Positions 1-8,028 of a DNA stretch of 24,844 nucleotides are shown here, in pieces. The stretch comes from an uncultured delta proteobacterium (lineage in GTDB: Bacteria; Desulfobacterota; WTBG01; CAIYCZ01; CAIRTM01): contig CAWDSQ010000003.1 of assembly GCA_963804955.1 (NCBI GenBank), forward strand, positions 1 through 24,844. Direction: 5' to 3'. Both the position numbers and the translations under genes were made by a program. How positions within the stretch are numbered: position 1 is the stretch's first letter; every line of letters starts with the position of its first letter. The notes below the pieces were generated by a model. That model searched no databases, was not told the DNA's origin, and saw only the letters and a list, made by a program, of their open reading frames with translations.

Positions 1-29
1 TTTCTGAAAAGCAGCCCAATGCTGATACA

Positions 30-1862
30 ATGTCTGCCATGGAAAAGAAGATAGAACTGCTGGCGCCCGCGGGCGACTGCGATACCGGCATAGCAGCGAT
101 CAACTGCGGCGCCGATGCCGTCTATATCGGCGCTCAGCGCTTCGGCGCGCGCGAGGCCGCGGGCAACGCCCTGGCGGATATTGAAAAACTCTGCGCCCAT
201 GCCCACCGATACTGGGCTCGCGTGTATGCCGCCGTCAACACGATTCTGACCGATGAAGAGCTTGCCGCTGCGCAGGGTCTCATCCGGCAGCTGTATGAAA
301 CCGGCATTGATGCTCTCATCATACAGGACACGGGCCTGCTTGAGGTCGATCTTCCGCCCCTGCCACTGTTTGCCAGCACGCAGATGCACAATGCAACAGC
401 CGAGAAAGTCGCCTTCCTGGAAAAGGTCGGCTTCTCCCGCGTAATCCTTGCCCGCGAGCTGAGCCTGCAGGATATTCGCGCCATACGGGCAGGCACGCGG
501 GTTGAACTCGAATGCTTCGTGCACGGGTCGCTGTGCGTGGGCTACAGCGGCCGGTGCTTTATGAGCTATGCCATCGGCGGCCGCAGCGGCAACCGCGGCC
601 AGTGCGCTCAGCCCTGCCGCAGGCGCTACCGCCTGCAGGACGCTGCCGGCAGAACCGTGCGCGAGCCAGCCCATTTTTTGTGCCTGAAGGATTTGAACCT
701 TTCAGAAAATTTGGGCGCCCTTATTGATGCAGGCATCACCTCATTCAAGATTGAAGGCAGGCTCAAGGACATGGCCTATGTGATTAACACCGTGAGCAGC
801 TACCGCCGCCGGCTGGACGCGCTGCTGGACGGCAAAAATCTGCGGGCAAGCTCCTCGGGGACTGCAGCGCCCGGCTTTGAGCCCGATCTTCATAAAACAT
901 TCAACCGCGGCTATACCCGGTACTTTCTTTCCGGCCCGGCACAAGACTGTTCGTCTATGGAAACACCGGCATTCCGGGGCGAACTGCTTGGACCCGTCAG
1001 CCGCATTGCCCCGAATCATATCGAAATAAAAACAAACAGAGAGCTTCACAACGGCGACGGCATGTGCTTTTTCGATGCACAGGGGCAGCTGCAGGGCACC
1101 AATATAAACACGGTGCAGGGCCGCATAATTGTTCCGGAAAAGCTGTCGGGCATTAATACGGGCATGCCTGTCTACAGAAACTATGACCATCCCTTCATGC
1201 AGCAGCTTAAAAAGCGCCCCGCGCGGCGCCATATAAGCGTTCGGCTTTGCCTTGGGGACAGCCCTGACGGCTTTGTGCTCAGTGCCTGCGACGAGGACGG
1301 CATCACCGCCCGGGCGGAACTTGCCGGGCGGAAGCAGCCGGCTGAGAAGCCGCAGCAGGCTGCCGCAACGATTGAAAAACAGCTCTCAAAGCTGGGGGAT
1401 ACCGGTTTTACCTGCTCTCAGGTGTCTATTGATATGCAGCAGATGTGTTTTCTGCCGGTGTCGGCGCTTAATGAGCTTCGGCGGGAGGTGATCGGGCTGC
1501 TTGCGGTTGCCCGTGAGCAGTCGCGGCCCGTTATGCGCGGCGGCGCGATGAGAAATGATGTCCCCTATCCTGAAAAGCATCTTCCCTATGAAGGCAATGT
1601 CCTCAATCAAATGGCGGCAAATTTTTACCGCCGCCATGGTGTTGAGAAGATTGAGCCTGCTGCCGAGTCGGGCCTTGACCTGCATGGCTGCTGTGTCATG
1701 ACCTCGAAATACTGCATCAGGCGGGAGCTGGGCTGCTGCCCCGGGAAAGAAGCGGGGCGCGCTTTGCCGGAGGATCTTTTTCTGGTCGATCATGAAGGTC
1801 GCAGATTTGAGCTGCGCTTTGACTGCGGGCTCTGCGTGATGGAAATCTATTATGCCGGCTGA
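30..1862 (+). CDS. rlhA: U32 family Fe-S protein with C-terminal DUF3656-like extension; RlhA-like 23S rRNA 5-hydroxycytidine synthase
   Basis: Starts ELLAPAG...GADAVYIG. Contains ASTQM, RVILARELS, the U32 Cys motif ECFVHGSLCVGYSGRCFMS...RSGNRGQCAQPCR, and KIEGRLK. Length (610 aa) fits the long RlhA type. Start may be ATG 39. Confidence 0.85.
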   Translation: MSAMEKKIELLAPAGDCDTGIAAINCGADAVYIGAQRFGAREAAGNALADIEKLCAHAHRYWARVYAAVNTILTDEELAAAQGLIRQLYETGIDALIIQDTGLLEVDLPPLPLFASTQMHNATAEKVAFLEKVGFSRVILARELSLQDIRAIRAGTRVELECFVHGSLCVGYSGRCFMSYAIGGRSGNRGQCAQPCRRRYRLQDAAGRTVREPAHFLCLKDLNLSENLGALIDAGITSFKIEGRLKDMAYVINTVSSYRRRLDALLDGKNLRASSSGTAAPGFEPDLHKTFNRGYTRYFLSGPAQDCSSMETPAFRGELLGPVSRIAPNHIEIKTNRELHNGDGMCFFDAQGQLQGTNINTVQGRIIVPEKLSGINTGMPVYRNYDHPFMQQLKKRPARRHISVRLCLGDSPDGFVLSACDEDGITARAELAGRKQPAEKPQQAAATIEKQLSKLGDTGFTCSQVSIDMQQMCFLPVSALNELRREVIGLLAVAREQSRPVMRGGAMRNDVPYPEKHLPYEGNVLNQMAANFYRRHGVEKIEPAAESGLDLHGCCVMTSKYCIRRELGCCPGKEAGRALPEDLFLVDHEGRRFELRFDCGLCVMEIYYAG

Positions 1863-2076
1863 CCCGTTGTGCTTTCCGCCTTTAAAAAAGGGCGCGTTGA
1901 TTCCTTCCTGTTTGTAAAGGAGGTTGAGGGTGAATTTTTTGCCGCCTTTCTTATGAACAGCTGTACAACGGGATGCTTTTTGGGAGTGTTTTTTTAGCTG
2001 TTTGGGTGTAAAATTTTAATTAAAAAGCCGCGCTGCGCACTCGTGCCGCATAACGGCGTCAGGAACGGTATCAAAA

Positions 2077-3045
2077 ATGCTGAAAAATTTCCCCCGTCTC
2101 CCCCTTGAAGGGAATTTTGATCTGACCTATCGACGCTATTTTAAAATAGCCGGCATAACCGTCTGCGTGGAAAGCGATCTGGATTTTCACACCGTCCCGT
2201 TCAAGAAAGAATTCGAGCCTTTTGCGGTAAAGGGCCCGGGAGAGGATACTGTTACTTTTCGCCACTATTTTGAATTGCCCAGCCTGAAAGGTAAAGACCT
2301 CGGTGTTGAGGTGTACCGCAAGGCGCCCTGGGCGATTTCGCACAAAAACGGCACCTGGTTCTATCTGGGCATTGCGACGCAACCGGATGATGACTCTCTA
2401 CACCGCGTGGCGGTTTTTGAGCAGGACTATACGCGCGCAACTATTTACAGCCCGCCGGGTGATGAAGACACTATACGCGCCGACGGCTGGCCTTCTCTCT
2501 CTCTCTTTCCGACCGACCAGATATGGCTCGGCCCGCTGCTGGCCGCGCGCAGAGCGGTGCTGCTTCATTCCGCAGGGGTGATACTGCAGGGGCGGGGGCT
2601 GCTTTTTGTCGGGCATTCAACCGCGGGCAAGTCGACGACCATGACCCTGCTGAAGAACGCCACCGCAGGGGCGACCGGCGGGCCGCCCCTGCAATTCGAA
2701 ATCCTCTGCGACGACCGCAATATCGTGCGGCGTTATGATGAGGGCTGGAGGGTGCACGGCACATGGAGCCACGGCGATGTTCCGGATGTATCCTCCGCTT
2801 CTGCGCCGCTGCGCGCGATACTGTTTCTCAAGAAAGACACAGTCAACAAAATTGTGCCGCTGACCGACCGCAAGGAAATCTGGAAGCGGTTGCTTGCAAC
2901 CCTCATCAGGCCGATGATGACAGCGCAGTGGTGGCAGAAGGAGCTGGATGTGCTGGAGGGCATTGTCGGCGACGTGCCCTGCTACATCATGCATTTTAAC
3001 AAAAGCGGCGCTATTGTGGCGGAACTGGAGCGCCTCACCCGATGA
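2077..3045 (+). CDS. HprK-related P-loop kinase-like protein (ScmC-like / RiPP-associated kinase)
   Basis: LLHSAGV...GLLFVGHSTAGKSTT (His motif plus Walker A), ILCDDRNIV (DD motif) and VHGTWSHG match the HPr kinase C-terminal fold. Stop overlaps the next start (ATGA). Confidence 0.75.
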   Translation: MLKNFPRLPLEGNFDLTYRRYFKIAGITVCVESDLDFHTVPFKKEFEPFAVKGPGEDTVTFRHYFELPSLKGKDLGVEVYRKAPWAISHKNGTWFYLGIATQPDDDSLHRVAVFEQDYTRATIYSPPGDEDTIRADGWPSLSLFPTDQIWLGPLLAARRAVLLHSAGVILQGRGLLFVGHSTAGKSTTMTLLKNATAGATGGPPLQFEILCDDRNIVRRYDEGWRVHGTWSHGDVPDVSSASAPLRAILFLKKDTVNKIVPLTDRKEIWKRLLATLIRPMMTAQWWQKELDVLEGIVGDVPCYIMHFNKSGAIVAELERLTR

Positions 3046-4166
3046 GCGGCTATGTCCGGCATATCAAGCAGCCAGAAAAAAATATCGCCTCGCGTTTGGA
3101 GTGCCTCGATATAGAACTGACTGAGCGCTGCAACAACGACTGCATACACTGCTGCATCAATCTGCCTGCCGGCGATGCTGAAGCGCGGGCGCGCGAGATG
3201 ACCTCTGCCCAGGTCATGGATATTCTCAGCCAGGCTGCCGGCCTGGGCTGCATGCTGGTGCGCTTTACCGGAGGTGAGCCCCTTGTACGGCCCGACTTTG
3301 AGGAGCTGTACCTCGGCGCGCGCCGCCTGGGGATGAAGGTGCTGCTGTTTACCAATGCATGCCTGGTTACACCGCGCCTGGCTGATCTTTTTGCTCGCAT
3401 CCCGCCGCTGGAGCAGATCGAGATAACGGTGTACGGCATGTGCCGGGATTCATATGAGGCTGTCACGCGCACGCCGGGTTCATTTATTCAATTCCGGCGC
3501 GGAGTGAACCTGCTGCTGGAGCGCAGTGTGCCGTTTATCGTTAAGTCTGCGCTGCTGCCGCCGAACCGTCACGAGATGGAAGCATTTGAGGTCTGGGCGC
3601 AGACGATTCCGTGGATGACGGGGCTGCCCGGCTATTCCATGCTGTTTGACCTGCGCAACCGCCGTGACAATGCGGATAAAAACCGCCTCATCGAGTCTCT
3701 GCGCCCGTCGCCGCAGGAGGCGCTGGCCGTGCTCACGCGCGACGAGCCGGCATACCGCAGGGAGATGACAGAGTTTGCCGCCAAATTTATGGGACCCTCC
3801 GGAGCCAAGCTGTTTGCCTGCGGCGCGGGACACGGCATATGCATCGATGCGTATGGGCGCGCCCAGCCGTGCATGGGCATTCGCGCGCCTGAGCTGACCT
3901 GCGATGTGGCCGGGTCCGGGGGCCATGGGTCTCTAAGGGATGCACTCGACTCTTTTGCCCGCCTCGCGGAACTGCATGCGGTCAACCCCGACTATCTGCG
4001 GCGCTGTGCTGCCTGCATCCTTAAAGGTTTGTGCGAGCAATGCCCTGCAAAATCCTGGGCCGAGCATGGCAATCTCGATACACCGGTTGAATATCTGTGT
4101 GAGGTGGCGCATGCTCAGGCGCGGTACCTGGGCTTGCTGGATGGAACAAACGGGGTGGGAAGTTGA
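3042..4166 (+). CDS. Radical SAM/SPASM domain peptide maturase 1
   Basis: CNNDCIHC (CxxxCxxC) and FTGGEP. SPASM cysteines: CGAGHGICIDAYGRAQPC...CAACILKGLCEQCPA...YLC. Confidence 0.92.
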   Translation: MSGYVRHIKQPEKNIASRLECLDIELTERCNNDCIHCCINLPAGDAEARAREMTSAQVMDILSQAAGLGCMLVRFTGGEPLVRPDFEELYLGARRLGMKVLLFTNACLVTPRLADLFARIPPLEQIEITVYGMCRDSYEAVTRTPGSFIQFRRGVNLLLERSVPFIVKSALLPPNRHEMEAFEVWAQTIPWMTGLPGYSMLFDLRNRRDNADKNRLIESLRPSPQEALAVLTRDEPAYRREMTEFAAKFMGPSGAKLFACGAGHGICIDAYGRAQPCMGIRAPELTCDVAGSGGHGSLRDALDSFARLAELHAVNPDYLRRCAACILKGLCEQCPAKSWAEHGNLDTPVEYLCEVAHAQARYLGLLDGTNGVGS

Positions 4167-4391
4167 TGATCTTTGATGGTCTTTTTTCAATCCACACGCC
4201 CAGGGCCTTTAAACTTTTTTACAGTTAACATGCTTGAAAAAAAACATTTTTTATGTTATTTTATTTATAGGATATAATTTATCTATGCATTTCGTAATAT
4301 GAAAACGTAATTAAATTATAGTGGCAATTATTTGAACCGATATATAGTACATTAATTAGTTAAATTTTTTCCATAAAAGGCTAAATTTTAT

Positions 4392-4420
4392 TGGACAAAT
4401 TTACTATTAGGAATTATTCT
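4392..4420 (+). promoter_or_regulatory. Candidate sigma70 promoter upstream of the precursor genes
   Basis: TGGACA-17 nt-TATTCT inside a very AT-rich tract (~4210-4445). Chance matches are common in AT-rich DNA. Confidence 0.35.
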
Positions 4421-4578
4421 TAAAAAGAAAAGTTGGAAAATTTTATGCTGCACAGCTCCTTATGCAGAACGGCTACTGAGTAAAACAGGCTTTGAAGAGG
4501 AGTTCAGTTGTTTTACATATAATTTTTGCTGGCAGGTAATGCGCAAATATCTCCTGATCCATTAAAGGAAATATAATA

Positions 4579-4783
4579 ATGGGAGGGAAAGAGATAGACA
4601 GGCATAGCAGGCCTCTAAAGCACGTGTGGCAGAAGCCGGAGCTGGTTGTGCTGGTGCGAAACAAGCCGGAGAGACAACTGAGGGCCTGCAAGGTCAAGTA
4701 GGGCCCTGTGGCCGGTCATATTGAACAGAGCTTGTAACGGATCAGGATGCGGAGGCTTTTGCAGCACGGGTGGTAAAACCTAA
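4579..4783 (+). pseudogene. RiPP precursor peptide copy 1, frameshifted (Cys/Gly-rich core out of frame with the leader)
   Basis: RBS AAAGGAA 8 nt before ATG 4579. Reads MGGKEIDRHSRPLKHVWQKPELVVLVRNKPERQLRACKVK* (TAG 4699-4701). The +1 frame continues ...LNRACNGSGCGGFCSTGGKT* (TAA 4781-4783). Leader and tail match copy 2. Confidence 0.7.
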
Positions 4784-4895
4784 CAGCCTTTCTGTGTGTG
4801 ATGGGTTTTGGCAGAGTCGATATAAGGGGCTGGGTATGCGCTGCGGGAATATAATATATTTTATACCTGCGTGATGCCCGCGCAGGAGACTTTTT

Positions 4896-5141
4896 ATGAG
4901 ATGTGGAAGAAAAAAGACCATATGGATGCCAAACAACAACCGGAACAAACAGCCCTGGCATAAAAAAAGAGCATGCATGCTGCCGGACAAAAAACCATGG
5001 CAGAGGCCGGAACTGATTGTGCTCGTGCGCAGCAAACCGGAGGAGGCTGTTCTAGGTATTTGCAAAAATCCAAGCTGCAGGCCTCTTAAGGTTCAAAATG
5101 CAACGAGGGCCGGTCGGTGCAGTCTTATCTCCGCTTCCTAA
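4896..5141 (+). CDS. RiPP precursor peptide copy 2
   Basis: RBS AGGAG 7 nt before ATG 4896 (alternative start ATG 4977). Reads ...KKPWQRPELIVLVRSKPEEAVLGICKNPSCRPLKVQNATRAGRCSLISAS*. The WxxPxL resembles the RRE-binding leader motif of PqqD-dependent RiPPs. Confidence 0.75.
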   Translation: MRCGRKKTIWMPNNNRNKQPWHKKRACMLPDKKPWQRPELIVLVRSKPEEAVLGICKNPSCRPLKVQNATRAGRCSLISAS

Positions 5142-5561
5142 CCCCCCAACGGGGATCTTTGTGGTTTTAACCAACTGGCTATATGTGAGGCAGAAAAGGG
5201 GTATATTCGCAGGTAACGTTTTTACCAACTTCCTTATGGACAACGGAGAGAATTTTTTTGTAATGAGGGCTAAAAGGGGAGGCTGTGCTGCCCTCTTATT
5301 TTTTTCTGAAACTGCACGGAGGGGCTTCATGAGAAATTATCATACCACAGTACGTGTCATGTGAAAAGAGCAGGTGGCTGAAAATCTGTGGCGCAGGTAA
5401 TCCCCCGGGATGCGTTTCCTGCGGCTGCAATGATACGTAACTCCAAATGGAAAATTTCTTCAGACATCAATGCCCCCCTACTGCAAACCAAACAGTCATA
5501 CTTCTCCGACACATGCGGCCGGATTTGATAAGACACAATCTGACGAGGAGGGCTTGTTGCC

Positions 5562-5873
5562 ATGCAATCACCTGTTACGCTGGAGACCGTCTGCGAACCA
5601 TCGGAAGACGTGGTGGCCCGCGAGATTGAGGGAGATATTGTCATTGTTCCTCTGGTGGCGGGAATATGTGATGCGGAGGATGAACTGTATACGCTGAACC
5701 CGACCGCAAAAGCCGTTTGGGACATGCTGGATGGACAGCGGACTCTGGGCCAGGTGTCTGCAGCCCTGACGCGGGAGTTCGACGCCCCGCAGTCTGAGAT
5801 TGAGGCCGACGTGCTCGGCTTTGCTGCAGAAATGGCGCGGCGGGGCATTCTTGCTGCAAAGTCTCTTTCATGA
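5562..5873 (+). CDS. PqqD family RiPP recognition element (stand-alone RRE)
   Basis: 103 aa; VVAREIEGDIVIVP...LYTLNPTAKAVWDMLDGQRTLGQV...IEADVLGFAAEM...GIL. RBS GAGGAGG upstream. Confidence 0.92.
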   Translation: MQSPVTLETVCEPSEDVVAREIEGDIVIVPLVAGICDAEDELYTLNPTAKAVWDMLDGQRTLGQVSAALTREFDAPQSEIEADVLGFAAEMARRGILAAKSLS

Positions 5874-6892
5874 GCATGCGAAACGGTTCTGAGCCTTCTG
5901 TGTTCGTATCGCAAGGCGGCCAGCTGCGTCTGTCCAATTGCGGGCAATTGCAATTATTGCGCGGCGCGGCGGAACGAGGCGTGCCCCTGCGCATGATGGT
6001 GCGTGGCTTCAGCATGACACCCTGTATCTGCGACGAAGACGTGGTGACCATTGTGCCCATAACCGGCAGCGGGCCCCGCGTGGGCGAGGTAGCTGCATGT
6101 GTTGTTCCGGACACGGGACGCCTGGCCATACATCGTGTCATCGCCCGGTTGGGGGAGGGCTGTATCATGCGCGGCGATAATGCCTCTGAGTCCGATGGCA
6201 TCATTGCCCGCGAAAATATTATCGGCAGGGTGACCTGCGTAACACGCCGGGGTCGGGCAGTGCGCTTCGGCCTGGGGGCGGAAGGTGCATTGATTGCCGT
6301 GCTGAACCGGGGGGACGCGCTGATGCGCTTAAAAATGCTGCTGCGTTTGCCCCGCCGCGCTGCCGGGATTGCTGTACGCTGGCTGCAGTCCCGTGCCGTG
6401 TACCGTGCAATCGGCAAACGCTCTGTGCAGCGCATTGATATTGTGGCGGCAGGTCCCGATGATGTGATGGCTGTGCATCGCTATCTCAATCCAGGCGAGC
6501 AATATAGCATGGATGATAATCAGCCGAACGTGACGGACTGGGTGGCCAAAGCGGGCGCGAAGGTTATTGGCTTTGTGCAGTGCGTGTACCATCCTGAGAG
6601 CCATTCCCCCTGGGCAGGGTACTGGCTTTTTTCCCTGATAGTCTGGAGATGGTATCGCGGCCTTGGTATCGGTGAGGCTTTGACCATGCGCGTTATCGAA
6701 CATGCCAGGGCTCAAGGCGCCCCAGCGCTGTTTCTTGTTGTTTATGACGACAACGGCAGCGCGATTTGCACGTATCGTAAACTGGGCTTTGAGCATATTA
6801 TTCTGCCGGCGCTTGAGCCGGACCTTGCAGCTGAGGCGCAACAGTTCGGGCGGCGGCGCATCATTATGTGCAGGCGCCTGGGCGTTTGCTGA
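5870..6892 (+). CDS. S24/S26 family peptidase domain fused to a C-terminal GNAT N-acetyltransferase
   Basis: N-half: VRGFSMTP (GxSMxP catalytic Ser), AIHRVI, MRGDN, IIGRV. C-half: YRGLGIGEAL (acetyl-CoA motif A) and LVVYDDNGSAICTYRKLGF. ATGA overlap with the PqqD gene. Confidence 0.8.
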   Translation: MSMRNGSEPSVFVSQGGQLRLSNCGQLQLLRGAAERGVPLRMMVRGFSMTPCICDEDVVTIVPITGSGPRVGEVAACVVPDTGRLAIHRVIARLGEGCIMRGDNASESDGIIARENIIGRVTCVTRRGRAVRFGLGAEGALIAVLNRGDALMRLKMLLRLPRRAAGIAVRWLQSRAVYRAIGKRSVQRIDIVAAGPDDVMAVHRYLNPGEQYSMDDNQPNVTDWVAKAGAKVIGFVQCVYHPESHSPWAGYWLFSLIVWRWYRGLGIGEALTMRVIEHARAQGAPALFLVVYDDNGSAICTYRKLGFEHIILPALEPDLAAEAQQFGRRRIIMCRRLGVC

Positions 6893-6912
6893 TGAGCGAC
6901 ACAAGGTGACGC

Positions 6913-8028
6913 ATGTCCACAACCATAGAAATTCAGCAATTTAAACTCTGGGACAGGCTGCAGGCCAAGCGGGCCCCGGTTTCTTTCGATCTTGAAATAA
7001 CGGCGCGCTGCAACAACGACTGCCGGCACTGCTACATTAACCTGCCGGCCGGTGATCCTGCTGCGCAGGCCTCCGAGCTCACCGTAGCTGAGATTCTAGC
7101 CATAGCCCGCGATGCTGCCGGCATGGGCGCCATATGGTGCCTGCTGACCGGCGGCGAACCCCTGCTGCGCGAAGACTTTGCCGAGCTGTATCTCGGCCTC
7201 AAGCGCCTCGGCCTGCTGGTTTCGGTGTTCACGAATGCCTGCCTGATCACCTCTGCACATGTGGATTTATTTCAGAAATACCCGCCGCGCGATATCGAGG
7301 TGACGGCCTACGGGGTAACGCGCGAAACCTATGAGCATGTCACCCGTCGACCAGGTTCGTTCAAAGCTTTTCTTCACGGCCTTGACCTGCTGCTGCGCAG
7401 CGGGCTCAAGGTGCGCCTCAAGGCCATGGCGATGCAATCCAACCTGCACGAGCATAGCGCCATTGCTGACTTCTGCCGCGCACGGACAAAAGATTTTTTT
7501 CGCTTCGATCCCCAGCTGCACCTGCGCTTTGACGGCGACCCGGCGCGCAATGCTGAAATAAGCGCGGAGCGGTTAACGCCGGAACAAATTGCCGCCCTCG
7601 AATATGCTGATGAAAAGCGGTTTGGCGCATTGCAGAAAACCTGCGAGACCCTTATTAAAAAAGAGTTCGCCTGCGCGGGCTGCAATCATCTTTTCCTTTG
7701 CGGGGCGGGCGAAGGCAGCTTCACTGTCAGCTATGACGGCAGGTTCAGGCTTTGCTCCTCGCTGTGGGCACCAGGGACGACCTGTGATCTGCGTGCCGGC
7801 ACGCTGAGAGAGGCCTGGGAGCGGTTCGTGCCGCAGGTGCGTGACCTGCGCAGCGCCAACCCTCAGTTCCTGGAGACATGCAGCCGCTGCGAGCTTGTCG
7901 ACATTTGCCTCTGGTGCCCGGCCCATGCCCATCTCGAGACCGGCATGATGGACGGTGCAACGCCCTACTTTTGCGCTGTAGCCCATGCCCGCGCCGCCCT
8001 GCTGAAGGTGGCAGGGAGGAATCCGTGA
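6913..8028 (+). CDS. Radical SAM/SPASM domain peptide maturase 2
   Basis: CNNDCRHC and LTGGEP. SPASM: CGAGEGSFTVSYDGRFRLC...CSRCELVDICLWCPA...YFC. Confidence 0.92.
   Translation: MSTTIEIQQFKLWDRLQAKRAPVSFDLEITARCNNDCRHCYINLPAGDPAAQASELTVAEILAIARDAAGMGAIWCLLTGGEPLLREDFAELYLGLKRLGLLVSVFTNACLITSAHVDLFQKYPPRDIEVTAYGVTRETYEHVTRRPGSFKAFLHGLDLLLRSGLKVRLKAMAMQSNLHEHSAIADFCRARTKDFFRFDPQLHLRFDGDPARNAEISAERLTPEQIAALEYADEKRFGALQKTCETLIKKEFACAGCNHLFLCGAGEGSFTVSYDGRFRLCSSLWAPGTTCDLRAGTLREAWERFVPQVRDLRSANPQFLETCSRCELVDICLWCPAHAHLETGMMDGATPYFCAVAHARAALLKVAGRNP

Noticed and set aside
4140..4176. Possible frameshift at the 3' end of rSAM1 (alternative ending EQTGWEVDDL*)
   Set aside because: All SPASM cysteines precede it and it changes only about 10 residues. 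It cannot be decided without homologue alignment.
4699..4737. Pyrrolysine/amber readthrough of the TAG in precursor copy 1
   Set aside because: Readthrough gives GPVAGHIEQSL and then TAA at 4735, so it does not reach the Cys core, which is in another frame. No pyl genes are in the window.
7878..8024. N-terminal extension of the ABC transporter ORF
   Set aside because: It overlaps the SPASM domain of rSAM2; GTG 8025 has an RBS and a coupled stop/start.
5562..8028. PQQ biosynthesis (pqqD/pqqE)
   Set aside because: No pqqB or pqqC, and the peptides lack the ExxxY core of PqqA.
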